The notes below the pieces were generated by a model that saw only the letters and a program-made list of their open reading frames with translations, had not been told where the DNA came from and made no database searches. A stretch of DNA of 64,000 nt from Tubulanus polymorphus. Its lineage: Eukaryota; Animalia; Nemertea. Numbering within the stretch: position 1 is the stretch's first letter; every line of letters starts with the position of its first letter. The position numbers were made by a program, and so were the translations under genes. Below are positions 26,299-37,365 of this stretch, piece after piece. The stretch is from positions 16,214,485 through 16,278,484 of the forward strand of contig NC_134027.1 in assembly GCF_964204645.1 (NCBI RefSeq), in the 5' to 3' direction.

Positions 26299-27740
26299 AT
26301 GTTAATGGCAGAAGGTGGAGGAGATTTCGAAATACAAGGCACGGGAAATAATAATGAAGGATATATTGATGATGATTATAATGATGATGAAACAAGTTTT
26401 AGTAATGATAATAAAACAGAATATAATTCTAATTTAACTACACCTGAATATATTGATAAAACACGTTCAAAGATAAATATTGAAAATGAAGTACCAGAAT
26501 TTGCAAAAAAAAGATTACAAATATAATGAAATTATTCGTAAATTTAAACCAATATTAGAAAGATCTGGATTCAATATAACAAATAAAGGTGTGAATTATT
26601 TAGTAAAAGATTTGAAATATTTAAATGGTGATTATTATTGGAATTTTAAAGATGACTATTATTTTACGATTTCTTCTAATAAAAGTCTCAATAAAATAAT
26701 AACAAAATCAACTTTTATTAAATTAGAACAATCTACAATTACGAAATTCAATAATGATGTTATAACTGATGTTACAAAAGAACTAGAGATAACTCTAAAT
26801 AGAAAAGAATTTAATCGAAGAAATGATGATTTTTTGAAGATAATTAATGAAAATTTAGAACCAGAAACAATTCCTAAAGGAGATATTAATTCCAAAACTA
26901 GTAAACATAAATCAACCGAAGTTCAAACTGAAAAACTTTTACAAAATGGGTTACTTGATGCAACAGATCAAGAATTAGAAGATTTAAATATATTTTCTGA
27001 TGAAGCAATTAGAGAAATTATTAGTATAAGAAATAAAGCTGATAAATTGCGCATAATAAAAGTATAAGAGATATTAAAATTAGAACTTAAGAAAAAGAAT
27101 TAATGATAAAAATAAAGAAATAAAACAATTAAAGTCTGATCTTGATCGTCAAGTAATTAATGAAATGGTATATAGGCAAAAAGAATTACGTTTAGAAAAA
27201 GAAATTGATATTTTAGAATATAACATAGAATTACAAAAAGAAGAAATTAAATTATTATTAAAATCATATGATTATAATATAAATAGATTAAAAGTTATTT
27301 TTAAAGATTTATTGATAAAACCAAATTCTGAAATATCACTGAAAGATAGAATAAATTTGTTATTTAAATTAGAAGGAATCACAATTCTTTCAATTCTAAC
27401 AGCTGTAACTATGTTATTTACAACAATAGGTTTAGCTATATCAAATTCACTGAAATCTACTCCTACTCCCAATAAACCGGATAAACCCCCGAATGATAAT
27501 AATTCTATACAAGATAAAGTTAAAGATGGTTTAAAGAAATTAGCAAAATATTTATGGGAACTATCTAAAAAATCTGCTGCAGCTTTACCAGGAATTATTG
27601 CATCAATTGTTGGTTTTATATTAAAATCTGCAGGAAACATTATTAACTTTGCTGCTGAACATATTATTTTATTTTTAATTACAGTTGTAAGTGCTATTAT
27701 TTTTGGGTTAGTGAATATGATACCAAAAAATATCAAGTAA
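26299..27740 (+). pseudogene. Polinton coiled-coil membrane protein (function unknown), frameshifted
   Basis: Three successive ORF pieces: acidic MAEGG start, long coiled coil, then hydrophobic/amphipathic helices ITILSILTAVTMLFTTIGLAI, LPGIIASIVGFIL, IILFLITVVSAIIFGLV. Confidence 0.65.
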
Positions 27741-27780
27741 ACATGATAAAAAATAAATAATTAATTTTTTTGTTAAATAA

Positions 27781-27975
27781 ATGAGTGGGCGTTATATCAA
27801 TCCTTCTAAGACTCATAGAATATCTAATGCTATTAAAGCAGAAAGATCACATCATATAATTACTCATAACCCTTCTAATATTAATCCCGATGAAACTTTA
27901 TATGTTAGAATCCCTAGATTAACACAAAATACTTTTTATGTTCCAAATAGTATTTATTTATCAGCAAAATTTAGT
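27781..27975 (+). pseudogene. Major capsid protein N-terminus (truncated)
   Basis: INP..R...IKAERSHHIITHNPSNINPDETLYVRIPRL....YVPNSIYLS resembles the N-terminus of invertebrate Polinton double-jelly-roll capsid proteins (recognition from memory). Confidence 0.65.
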
Positions 27976-28713
27976 TAAATATAAAGATATAAATGAATTT
28001 ATGTTAGAACAACCAACATACACAACACATAAAAAAATTGTTAGAAAATATAAAACTCGTAAAACTATGGTAAGTTATGTAGATCAACAGTGGCAAGGAG
28101 ATTTAATTGATATGAAAAATGTTAAGAAAGATAATGATGATTATTGGTGGATATTGAATATAATTGATATTTTTAGTCGTTATGTATGGAGTTTCCCACT
28201 TTATAGAAAAGATGCTGTACAAACATCAAATGTTTTAAGAAAATTTCTTTCGGATGATAAACTAAAACCAGAAAAAAATACAATTTGATGATGGAAAAGA
28301 ATTTGATAATTCACTTGTTGATGAACTCTTAGACAATCATAATATTAAATATTTTTCAACAAAATCGGATAAAAAAGCAGCAGTTGTTAAACGATTTAAT
28401 AGAACATTAAGAACAAGAATGTGGAAATATTTTACAGCAAATAATACTTTTAAATGGATTGATGTTTTACCAAAATTGATAGAAGGATATAATAATTCTT
28501 ATCATTCTTCTATTGGAATGAAACCTATTGATGCTAGAAAACCTGAAAATGCTGAAATTGTTTGGAATAATTATATGGAGCATTTCTTGTAGATGATTTT
28601 GGTGAACCTAAATTTAAAGTTGGTCAAAATGTTAGAATTTCTAAGTATAAAAAGATATTTGACAAAGGATACGATCGAAATTTTACTAGGGAAATATATA
28701 AAATAAAAAAAGG
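27976..28713 (+). pseudogene. Polinton retroviral-like (rve) integrase, catalytic core
   Basis: YTTHKK..RK, WQGDLIDM, IDIFSRY, IQFDDGKEF, KAAVV(K)RFNRT, YNNSYHSSIGMKP, PKFKVGQNVRISK..FDKGY..NFT.EIY; one frameshift at ~28280. Confidence 0.9.
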
Positions 28714-29059
28714 TAAATATAGCTGCAAAGCAGCGATAACGGGCTTTCTGCACAGTCTTAGAATCCTGTTCAACGGTGGATTTTGACGAAGCATTTGATA
28801 AGGCACAACATCAGCCATTACTAAACAGGCTATTAGGAAACAGTATCAATGATAGGTCGCCCAAATGGCTCAGCAGTTATCTCTGAACGAAAAATTGTAG
28901 CTGAAATCAACGGAACGCCTCATCTTGGAATAATTCGGTCAAACTAGTGGAGTCACGCAAGGTAGTATCCTTCTGTTGTCTTCTGTTTATTGTCCTGACA
29001 AATGGCATACACAGTAATCCAACATATACCAGACCTTGTAAATTTCCAAATCGACCTTA

Positions 29060-29590
29060 ACACGCTGTTCGACCAAAAAACTTAATGTTCCAACAAGAAA
29101 ATCTTGTTCGAATGAAAATAATTCTGTTTGATCGAACAATACGCTTTTTGCTTGAACCAAAAATTTTCTTCATTCTGACAAAAAATGTGTTCGAATAAAA
29201 AGCTATGTTATTGTTGAAATGAAAAAAAATTTGGTTGAGCGAAAACAATTTTTTTCGAACGAATGTTTGAATGAAAACAATTCTGTTCGATTGAACGAAA
29301 TACTTAATACTTTCGGTTCGGAGAAAAAACTTTTTTCAATATACTTGTTCGAACGAAAAACTTAATGTTCTGACAAGAAAATTCTGTTCAAATTAAAACG
29401 ATTCTGTTCAATTGAATGATTGTTCGAACGAAAAACCTTTCGTTTGGACAAAAAAAGTTTGTTCAACTTTGTTCTAACGATTTTTTCAAATTGGTTCAAT
29501 TGTATAGAATATTGTTGGTTCGAACGAAATAAATTTTGTTCCGACGAAAGAATTTTCAAGCGAAAGGTCTTTTGAATGAAAAAAAAAGAT
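29060..29590. repeat. Array of short gttcgaacgaaa-type motifs (transposon subterminal repeats)
   Basis: More than ten gttcga/tcgaac motifs after ttaacacgctg. Confidence 0.55.
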
Positions 29591-30447
29591 ATTTCTGGTG
29601 CTCCGCAGTAACTTAAAGCCAGACGTTGGTTGTTCTTGTGACACAATGCGATCCTCGCGTTGCATCGCAAGTTTCGATGCAAGTCGCTTGCAATACGATT
29701 GTGTGCGACTAGTTTCTGCCAGTCGCAAGAGCGCGTCGGTTGGTTGTGACAGTCGTGTCACGTCGCAGAAAGTAGAACACGTACGACTCCATGTGACTGG
29801 CGTTGCTGAAAGATGAGGACGCCAGTGATATGACGACTGAGTCAAAACGTCACGATATGTCGACATATTCATGTCGAATTGATGCGATATATCGACATAA
29901 ATATGGCGACTTGTCGAGTTGGAACGCAACAACTCGAGGCCCTTTATCGCTTCCGTAGATCTTTCATTAAGTAGGATCACTTGAATGATCGCTTTAATAT
30001 CGCTTTAAAAAAAACATACCGCGATATATCGCGTCAAGTCGACATGAATATGTCGATATATCGTGACGTTTTGACGACATATTTCGTTTTCTCAACCATC
30101 AACCATTTTCCACGCAACAAGTCGACATATTCATGACGAGTTGAAACTCAGTCGTCATATTACTGGCGTCCTCATCTTACATTTAGACATGTCTTCAAAT
30201 GACGGCTTGTCCCGTGGAAAATGAGCAAATAAGCGAAATTTGTCGTGAAAACGTTACGATATGTAGACATATTCATGTGGACTTGACACGATATATCGAC
30301 ATAAATATGGCGACTTGTCGAGTTTGAACGTGACAACTCGAGGCCCTTTATCGCTTCCGTACTATATCAGATTAATCGACTTCAAAATAGGCGAAAGCAT
30401 AAGTCTTTATTACGTTATAAATTGGCCTAATTATTCAAAAGCTAATA

Positions 30448-31337
30448 ATGTGGGCGACAAAACCAAAAAAATTAATTGTCGCGGGCGATAAAACCAAAAT
30501 AATCCATTGTCGCGGGCGATAAATCCAAAATATTGAATTGTCGCGGGCGACAAAACCAAAAAAATGAATTGTCGCGGGCGATAAAACCAAAAATAATGAA
30601 TTGTCGCGGGCGACAAAACCAAAATATTCAATTGTCGTGGGGGAACAAAACCAAACTAATGAATTGTCGCGGGCGATAAAACCAAAATAATAAATTGTCG
30701 CAGGCAATAAAAACAAAAAATGAATTGTCGCGGGCGATAAAACCAAAATATTGAATTGTCGCGGGCGACAAAACCAAAATATTGAATTGTCGCGGGCGAC
30801 AAAACCAAACTAATGAATTGTCGCGGGCGATAAAACCAAACTAATGAATTGTCGCGGGCGATAAAACCAAAATAATGAATTGTCGCGGGCGATAAAACCA
30901 AAATATTGAAGTGTCGCAGGCGATAAAACCGCGACAAAAAGAAAAAAAAATTGTCACGGGCGTTAAAACCAAAATAATGAATTGTCGCGGGCGATAAAAC
31001 CAAAATATTGAATTGTCGTGGGAGACAAATCCAAAAAAATGAATTGTCGCGGGCGATGAAACCAAAATCTTGAATTGTCGCTATTGTCGCGTGCGACAAA
31101 ACCAAAATAATGAATTGTCGCGGGCGATAAAACCAAAATATTGAATTGTCGCGGGCGACAAAACCAAAAAAGAAAATTGTCGTGGGCGACAAAAACAAAA
31201 TATAAAACCAAAATAATGAATTGTCGCGGGCGACAAAACCAAAAAGATGAATTGTCGCGGGCGACAAAACCAAAATAATGCATTGTCGCTGGTGATAAAA
31301 CCAAAGTAATGAATTGTCGCGGGCGACAAAATCAAAA
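30448..31337. repeat. Minisatellite, ~31-bp unit, roughly 28 copies
   Basis: Unit gaattgtcgcgggcgayaaaaccaaaataat with internal inverted repeat tgtcgc-gg-gcgaca. Confidence 0.95.
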
Positions 31338-32424
31338 TCATTGTTTTCTCGAGTTATTTTAGTTTTGTCGTTTTGTCGTAATGTCGCCCTCATTTGCATA
31401 TTCGTGTTTTTGTATCTTATCAGCCACCATACTAAAGCTTTAAGGTCGCGTAAAACTCGATAAACACTTCAAGCGACACAGCGAACGATCTCCTTTCCCC
31501 CACCGCGAACCCTTACTCCGAATGTCAAGTGTGAGTCCAGCATACGGATAGGAGTGTGTTATATATTTGTATTTAGTAAATACCTTGTGGATTTGACAAT
31601 GATCGGTATGTACTGTAGGAAATATAGAGTATTGATGGTATTGATACAGAGGCCCGCGGCCGAATAAAGTAATATATTCTTTTATTTTGATACCTCGTCG
31701 ACATAACAGCTTTTCTCCGCTATATCTCTTCGGCGTGTTTAGTTTAGGCCTACGACTCCCCGGTACACTTATGATCTATCTTAGTAAAAACACGGTAAAT
31801 TTGGTAAAGAAAAATAGGTATTGCTAAATGAACTGCTTGACGCCCGCAGCTAAATGACTGGTAGTAATAAATTAATTTGTACTCGATTTGATTCTCAGAA
31901 TGAGGAGAAACTCGCAGCTGATTCCCGGAACGACGATGTAGTGACACACGTCGATTTGTCGATGTTTACGGCTCGACAGTGCTTTTAAAATCTAAAGTAG
32001 TAAATTTCCTGTGTATTGGTATTATAATTTGATGAGGAAAATGGGTTATTGTTAAAATTAGTTTTTAAAAACCGCGACAGAATGTGCAATCTTTGGGTAA
32101 TAAATTTGTTAATTTATGCTTGAATTGATAATCGATGTGACAAGAAACGTGCGGTAGATTTCGGAAAGACGACTTAGAAAAACATGTCGGCTCTTTGAAT
32201 GGGGCTCAATTTTCGATGTTTACGGCCCGACAGTGCTTTTGTAACGTTGATTCTTAAAAATTTGCACGGAGTATTTGTAGATTGAAGTGAGCTGAATGAT
32301 ATCAGACGGATTGTATCGGCAACAGCGGTAATGTAAAAAAGCCTATGTACTTTTGACAAAAAATGTGTGGAAAATAATAATAATAATAATAATAATAAGA
32401 AACACGCGAATCTCAATAACAACA

Positions 32425-32650
32425 AAACCATATGTCTATAAATTAGAAGATTTAAATGGTGAAGAAGTTGATGGGTATTTTTATGAAGAAGAATTTGAGT
32501 TTAACTACTGAAAATCTAGAACAAGAATATAAAATTGAAAAAGTATTAAAAACAAAAACTGTTAAAAGAAAAAAAATATTCTTTAGTAAAATGGGTTGGA
32601 TGGCCAGATAAATTCAATGAATGGATATTATCAAGTAAAATTACAAAAAA
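32425..32650 (+). pseudogene. Polinton integrase C-terminus with chromodomain
   Basis: KPYVYKLEDLNGEEVDGYFYEEE then YKIEKVLK...LVKWVGWPDKFNEWI (frameshifted). Confidence 0.85.
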
Positions 32651-32655
32651 TATAA

Positions 32656-32785
32656 ATGAATAAGGAATTATTTATATTTGAGCCTCATAATATGTTAATT
32701 TCTGGTGTAACAAATTGTGGAAAAACTTATTTTATATTAAATTTATTAGAAACTATTTATAAAAACTATTTTGATAATATAACCA
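32656..32785 (+). pseudogene. Packaging ATPase (A32/FtsK-like) N-terminus, truncated
   Basis: MLISGVTNCGKTYFILNLL Walker A directly after the integrase; composition changes abruptly at ~32785. Confidence 0.75.
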
Positions 32786-34541
32786 ACTTACAATGCACAG
32801 GGTATAAACCTATTTTAGCCATTTTAGATGGCATGATAATTCACATGGCGTCTTAAACGGTTTAAGCGTCCATGATTCAGCGAAGTTCAAACCGGTCAGA
32901 AGGCTATGCTATTCCATATTTGCAACAAGCAGTCCCGATTGCTTGTAGATATTTGAAACGGAGTAGCATCGGATCATCAAGCTCAGATTGATCGAGTTTA
33001 TTAGATTTTTTTGCATTTACCTAACACATATTGATGTACGAATGGACTTAGGCTGAAATTGCCTTGGTTAATTTTTTGCTAAAGGTCACTGTGGAATTTC
33101 AATTTCAATCCAAAACGAAAATAACGGATGAATTAATGGGATTAATTTTTCAATTTTCAAGTCTTTCAATTCCTGTAATGGTTGGTTAAGCACTACATTG
33201 ACACATACAAAAATATCTAAGTAGTGCAAAAACACGCTTCAACACGAAATATCTGGGTGCAATGACTCTTTCATGTCTTTGTCTCTAAAGTTTCTGTTTA
33301 TATGTCCGGTTAAATCACTCTGCAATTTATTGAATTGGAAACATAAACATTTGAAAACGACCCTCTTAGAAATTGGTTACTATTTACGAGTAGACACTAG
33401 AAATAGTCACTCTTATAAGTAGCCATTTTGATAAAGGTTACTAATAGTTACTATCCATTTGTAAATGTATGGTTCCCGTAGTCTACCTTTTCTAGAATGT
33501 ACACTCTCAAAACTTCACTGTTCAGAAAGTATACTATTTCAGAGTATACGGTACCAATCGTAGACTCAGAATACAACATGTTTTACAACCAGAGAATTTT
33601 GAAAACCAACCGTTTCAGAAAGTATACTATTTAAAAGTGTACAATACGAATTGTAGACTCTGAATACCAATGTTTTACAACCAGAGACTTTCGAAAACCA
33701 ACCGTTTCAGAAAGTATACTATCTAAAAGTGTACAATACTAATCGTAGACTCTGAATACCACATGTTTTACAACCAGAGACTTTCGAAAACCAACCGTTT
33801 CAGAAAGTATACTATTTAAGAGTGTACAATACGAATCGTAGACTCTGAATACCACATGTTTTACAACCAGAGACTTTCGAAAACCAACCGTATACTACCT
33901 TTTATCTAATCAACAGTGATATATTCTTATCCGTGTTATTTTGTTCAGCACGTCAACTCAGATTAAGATTGAGTTCTTAATAGCACAAATCAAGATCTTT
34001 AGTGATGTGATCTATCAAAATGCTTCACGAATGCATGTTGAAATCAACTAACATTTTTTGAGTACATGTGGTTTAGTTCAGATTCAGCTGGATCACATCA
34101 AAAACTTGGTATAAGTACATATACACATATGTGCCATGCCAACGGGTACGATTATAGAACGATAACCACAATCAAACGTGGTGAACGGATTATAAGATAA
34201 AAACCAACTATCTACAAATTAAAAGAATTTTAACATCAAGAAATTTATTTATTCGAACAATCTGAAATATATAAAATATACGACGTTTCGATCTCACCCT
34301 AGAGATCTGACACATGACGATGTTCTCTAGGGTGAGATTGAAACGTCGGGTACGATTAGTTCATGCACCTACCAACGGAACTATGAAAGCACCAAACAAG
34401 GTATATCAGCACTTTTTACGTGGTAGCCCTTGTGGAACCTGGTAACTGATAAGAATTATTTGGTGAAATCTTTGTGCCCTTCCCAGTGCTACATTTAAAC
34501 CAGCAAGGCAGAACCTGTTGTCGTTGCTTTGCAGCTATATT
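32786..34541 (-). mobile_element. atatagctgcaaagc-family repeat (HINE-like) with internal tandem array
   Basis: Minus-strand start atatagctgcaaagcaacgacaac at 34540; left boundary inferred from the ATPase truncation. Confidence 0.45.
33521..33891. repeat. Tandem repeat, 92-93 bp unit, 4 copies
   Basis: ttcagaaagtatact recurs at 33521, 33614, 33706, 33799. Confidence 0.9.
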
Positions 34542-34544
34542 TTA

Positions 34545-34834
34545 TATTATACCCAGATTTTTCAAATATAGGTTTAAAATGATGAATTAATTCATTATAT
34601 TCTAAATCTTGTTTTGTTAATTCTGGAATATCATTTTCAGGATTGATTCTCGATTTATTTATTCTATTCAAACCCCTCTGGATTATTAGAACCTGTACCT
34701 GCTAAATGAGAATCAAATGCTGTTTCATTACCATTATCAAAACTTGTGTCAGTAAAATCAGGTGGTTGTTAATCAGTTATACCAGGTTCAATGAAAGTAT
34801 CCATTCCAATATCTTCACCACCTTCTACATCCAT
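34545..34834 (-). pseudogene. Fragment of a second Polinton: paralog of the 26299 gene
   Basis: MDVEGGED...NETAF...INPENDIPELTKQDLEYNELIHHFKPIFEKSGYN aligns with INIENEVPEFAK/DYKYNEIIRKFKPILERSGFN. Confidence 0.75.
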
Positions 34835-34860
34835 TTATATAATAAAGAAATTGAGATTTA

Positions 34861-35780
34861 AAATATAGCTGCAAAGCACCGATAACGGGTTTCTGCCTTG
34901 TTGGATAAAATGTCGTACAAGGAAGCTTGCAGAAGGTTTCACTGAAATCAGTTCATAGCGTACCGATATTTTGAAGGAGTGCCACCAGAGGTCAGCACAT
35001 ATCATGGAAACGTTGACCCACTTGGCTACTAAGTGTGTGATGGAATATGTCCATCAGTCGTTTTCTATGTTGTAACTGGAGGGTGCTGCCCTCTCTCTCT
35101 CTCTCGAAAATACAGAACAATAGGTGATTGTGTTAATATCTTTTGTCCGCCTTTTTACTGGTTTTTGGGCTCTCACAGTCGATATTTGGACGAAACTTCT
35201 ACTGTTGAACAGGCAGAATAGGACCTCGTTACAAGCGCAAAGCAAAGTACGAATGTACCAAGTTTAGGGAAAATAACTTTGAGAATAACAAGGATACGGT
35301 GTTTTTACCCTTCCCTAGTGGCGCTACTGGAGAATCATATGAGTTACCTACTTAAAACATACATCAATACAAGCATCTTGTTAGAGGCTACTGACCACAC
35401 TCATTGCAACCACGATTCTATCTCCAACAGTTAAGGAGCTAGGGCAAAAAATCTCATTAAAAGATTTATGGGGTCCCATTTTCGAGCCCGTAGAGCCCAA
35501 ACGGTTAATCGCAGATATGGCGTGCCATTGACTTTTTTAACCTCCGGGTTGTCATGAACAACTTTTGTACTCCCCCAAAGCTGAAAACTAAAAGAAAAAA
35601 ATTTTTCTCACAAGATGTCAGAATTTTAAAAAGTAAAACACCCCCTGGTGGGTGAACGGGGTCCCCAATCAAAGATCCCGTCGACTTACCTCAAGGTACC
35701 AGTGTTCCGTACATCTCACGCAACTTTCAAGTAAATCCATTAAGTAATATTCTTGTTACTAGCCGAATTCGAAGTATTGA
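34861..35780 (+). mobile_element. atatagctgcaaagc-family repeat (HINE-like)
   Basis: Same 5' end as 28714; right boundary approximate. Confidence 0.45.
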
Positions 35781-35849
35781 AGCCTATATTTGATGTTCTC
35801 TATTAACTGTGAACTATTAAAGCCTGATGCTCTCTAACTTGTGTATAAA

Positions 35850-36246
35850 CAAGGTTTACTTGAAATAGATTTAGTCTTTGAAGCTGGTTTTTTAATAGAT
35901 TTTTTTACTTGAGATTTATCATCAAAATATGTCTATCATAATTCCTTTAACTTATAAATTCATTACAAACATTACATTTAATTTCATCTTCATGTTTTTT
36001 CCTTTCATTTGAATTTTCTGGTGTTTCAAAATTGATAACATTTTTTTTAATGATTTGCAGTTTTTTCAAGATGAGATTTATTAGATTTATATATACATTT
36101 TTTTACAATATGTACAATAATATTGATTTCATTACCGTCAATTTTTTCTGTTTGGTGTTCACTCTCTTCATTCAAAAGAAAAAAAATTAAAAGTGGTGGC
36201 GAGTCGTACTCTCGTCCTCTGGCCTGAAACCCACATTTTCTCATTA
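35850..36246 (-). mobile_element. Second Polinton remnant: left end and pPolB 5' region, inverted
   Basis: Reverse complement aligns with 18484-18950 (e.g. aaatctaataaatct, ttttgaaac.ccagaaaattc.aatgaaag, aaaccarcttcaaa.actaaatc.atttcaa) with many substitutions and indels. Confidence 0.8.
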
Positions 36247-36871
36247 CTGTATTTTCCGGCCAATAAGCCGATTTTCTAGCCTCAGATTTTTACCCAAAAT
36301 ATCGTGATCAGCTTATTGGGCGGATACGATCTAACATAAAAAATCACTTCCTGATCTATGCCACTCTAATGCTCTCAATGATCGTCAAAATCAAGAAAAG
36401 TGGTCGATATTTATTTGAGGTCATTATTTACTACCAATTATAATCTATTTTGAACTATTTTATTTTTACTTTGATTGTTCTATCACCGCACAGCGGCAAT
36501 GGTATACATTTATATAACGCGCGAGTTCATCGTACTACCACGTGTCAGTTCATACATTAGTATATATGCAAATCAGCAGTGAGCCGCGTACTGCGTGTAT
36601 GGCTGTGTGTATAGTAATCAGCTGAGTGAGTCTATATATAGCACAGTCACTCGGCGATGATAGTATACACAGCACTCTCACACATCGGCGGGCGCTACTG
36701 TCAGCCTCTTAAATCGTCAATTAAGACGAACTAATTGACAAATCAGTGAATTAAAATCTCTGATGAAGGGCCTCGGCTTATTGGGCGAAGCTTTATGAAA
36801 TCCATGTATTTTAGGCTAAAAAACTGCCCTCGGCTTAATGGCCGAGTCGGCTTATTGGCCGGAAAATACGG
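36247..36871. mobile_element. Tc1/mariner-pogo-type MITE
   Basis: 25-bp TIR c(t/c)gtattttccggccaataagccga, TA duplication at 36245-46 and 36872-73. Confidence 0.85.
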
Positions 36872-37365
36872 TACTTATTTACTATCGAGTTATAAATGTA
36901 CTTACCATGACCACCGGATACAGTCTGCTCTCGGCACAATTAATTGCCAAGAATCCATGACATAGGCCAATGACCATGCAGTCCATGGGGTACGAGCTTC
37001 ACATCCATGTGTTAACACGATTGTTTTGAAGCTGTTCACAGACTGAATCAAATGCCAGGTTTAAGCAAAGGTTTAACGTATATTCATGAAAACTGACTAA
37101 ATAAACGTATAGGACGTTGGGAATTGGCTCTTCAAGTGTATAATTTTTCTGTTGAACACCCACCGGGTAAGAAAAATGGTAATTGCGACAGTTTAAGTAC
37201 ACGAGATTATGATAAACCTCCTCCTCCTAGACCCGATGATCCATCACAAGAAACTGTTTTCACAGCAATGACAAATGGATCTCAGTCTTATGAAGTGTTT
37301 GATTATACTAGCGTCGTGGTGGCTGAGTTAACTCCTGATACTTATAAAGAGATTGAACTGATTAA

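Larger units (their letters stand above)
28714..32424 (+). mobile_element. Composite insertion (atatagctgcaaagc-family repeat with nested elements) splitting the integrase
   Basis: Begins aaatatagctgcaaagcagcgataacggg (same start at 34861 + and 34540 -), ends after an (ATA)n run; integrase sequence resumes immediately after. Confidence 0.65.
18484..32785 (+). mobile_element. Polinton/Maverick (adintovirus-like) element, decayed, internally deleted and interrupted
   Basis: Very AT-rich intronless gene array with pPolB, capsid N-terminus, rve integrase + chromodomain and A32-like ATPase start; candidate left terminus AGTAAT at 18484 (uncertain); right end lost. Confidence 0.9.

Noticed and set aside
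27272-27736. 154-aa hydrophobic minus-strand ORF
   Set aside because: Antisense shadow of the plus-strand membrane protein gene.
30431-31399. Several long minus-strand ORFs and a CRISPR-like appearance
   Set aside because: ORFs are translations of a 31-bp minisatellite; there are no unique spacers and no cas genes, and the context is eukaryotic.
35850-36246. Right terminal inverted repeat of the 18.5-kb Polinton
   Set aside because: Too diverged from the left copy relative to the mild decay of the genes, no matching 6-bp TSD, and accompanied by a paralog of an internal gene; better explained as a second element.
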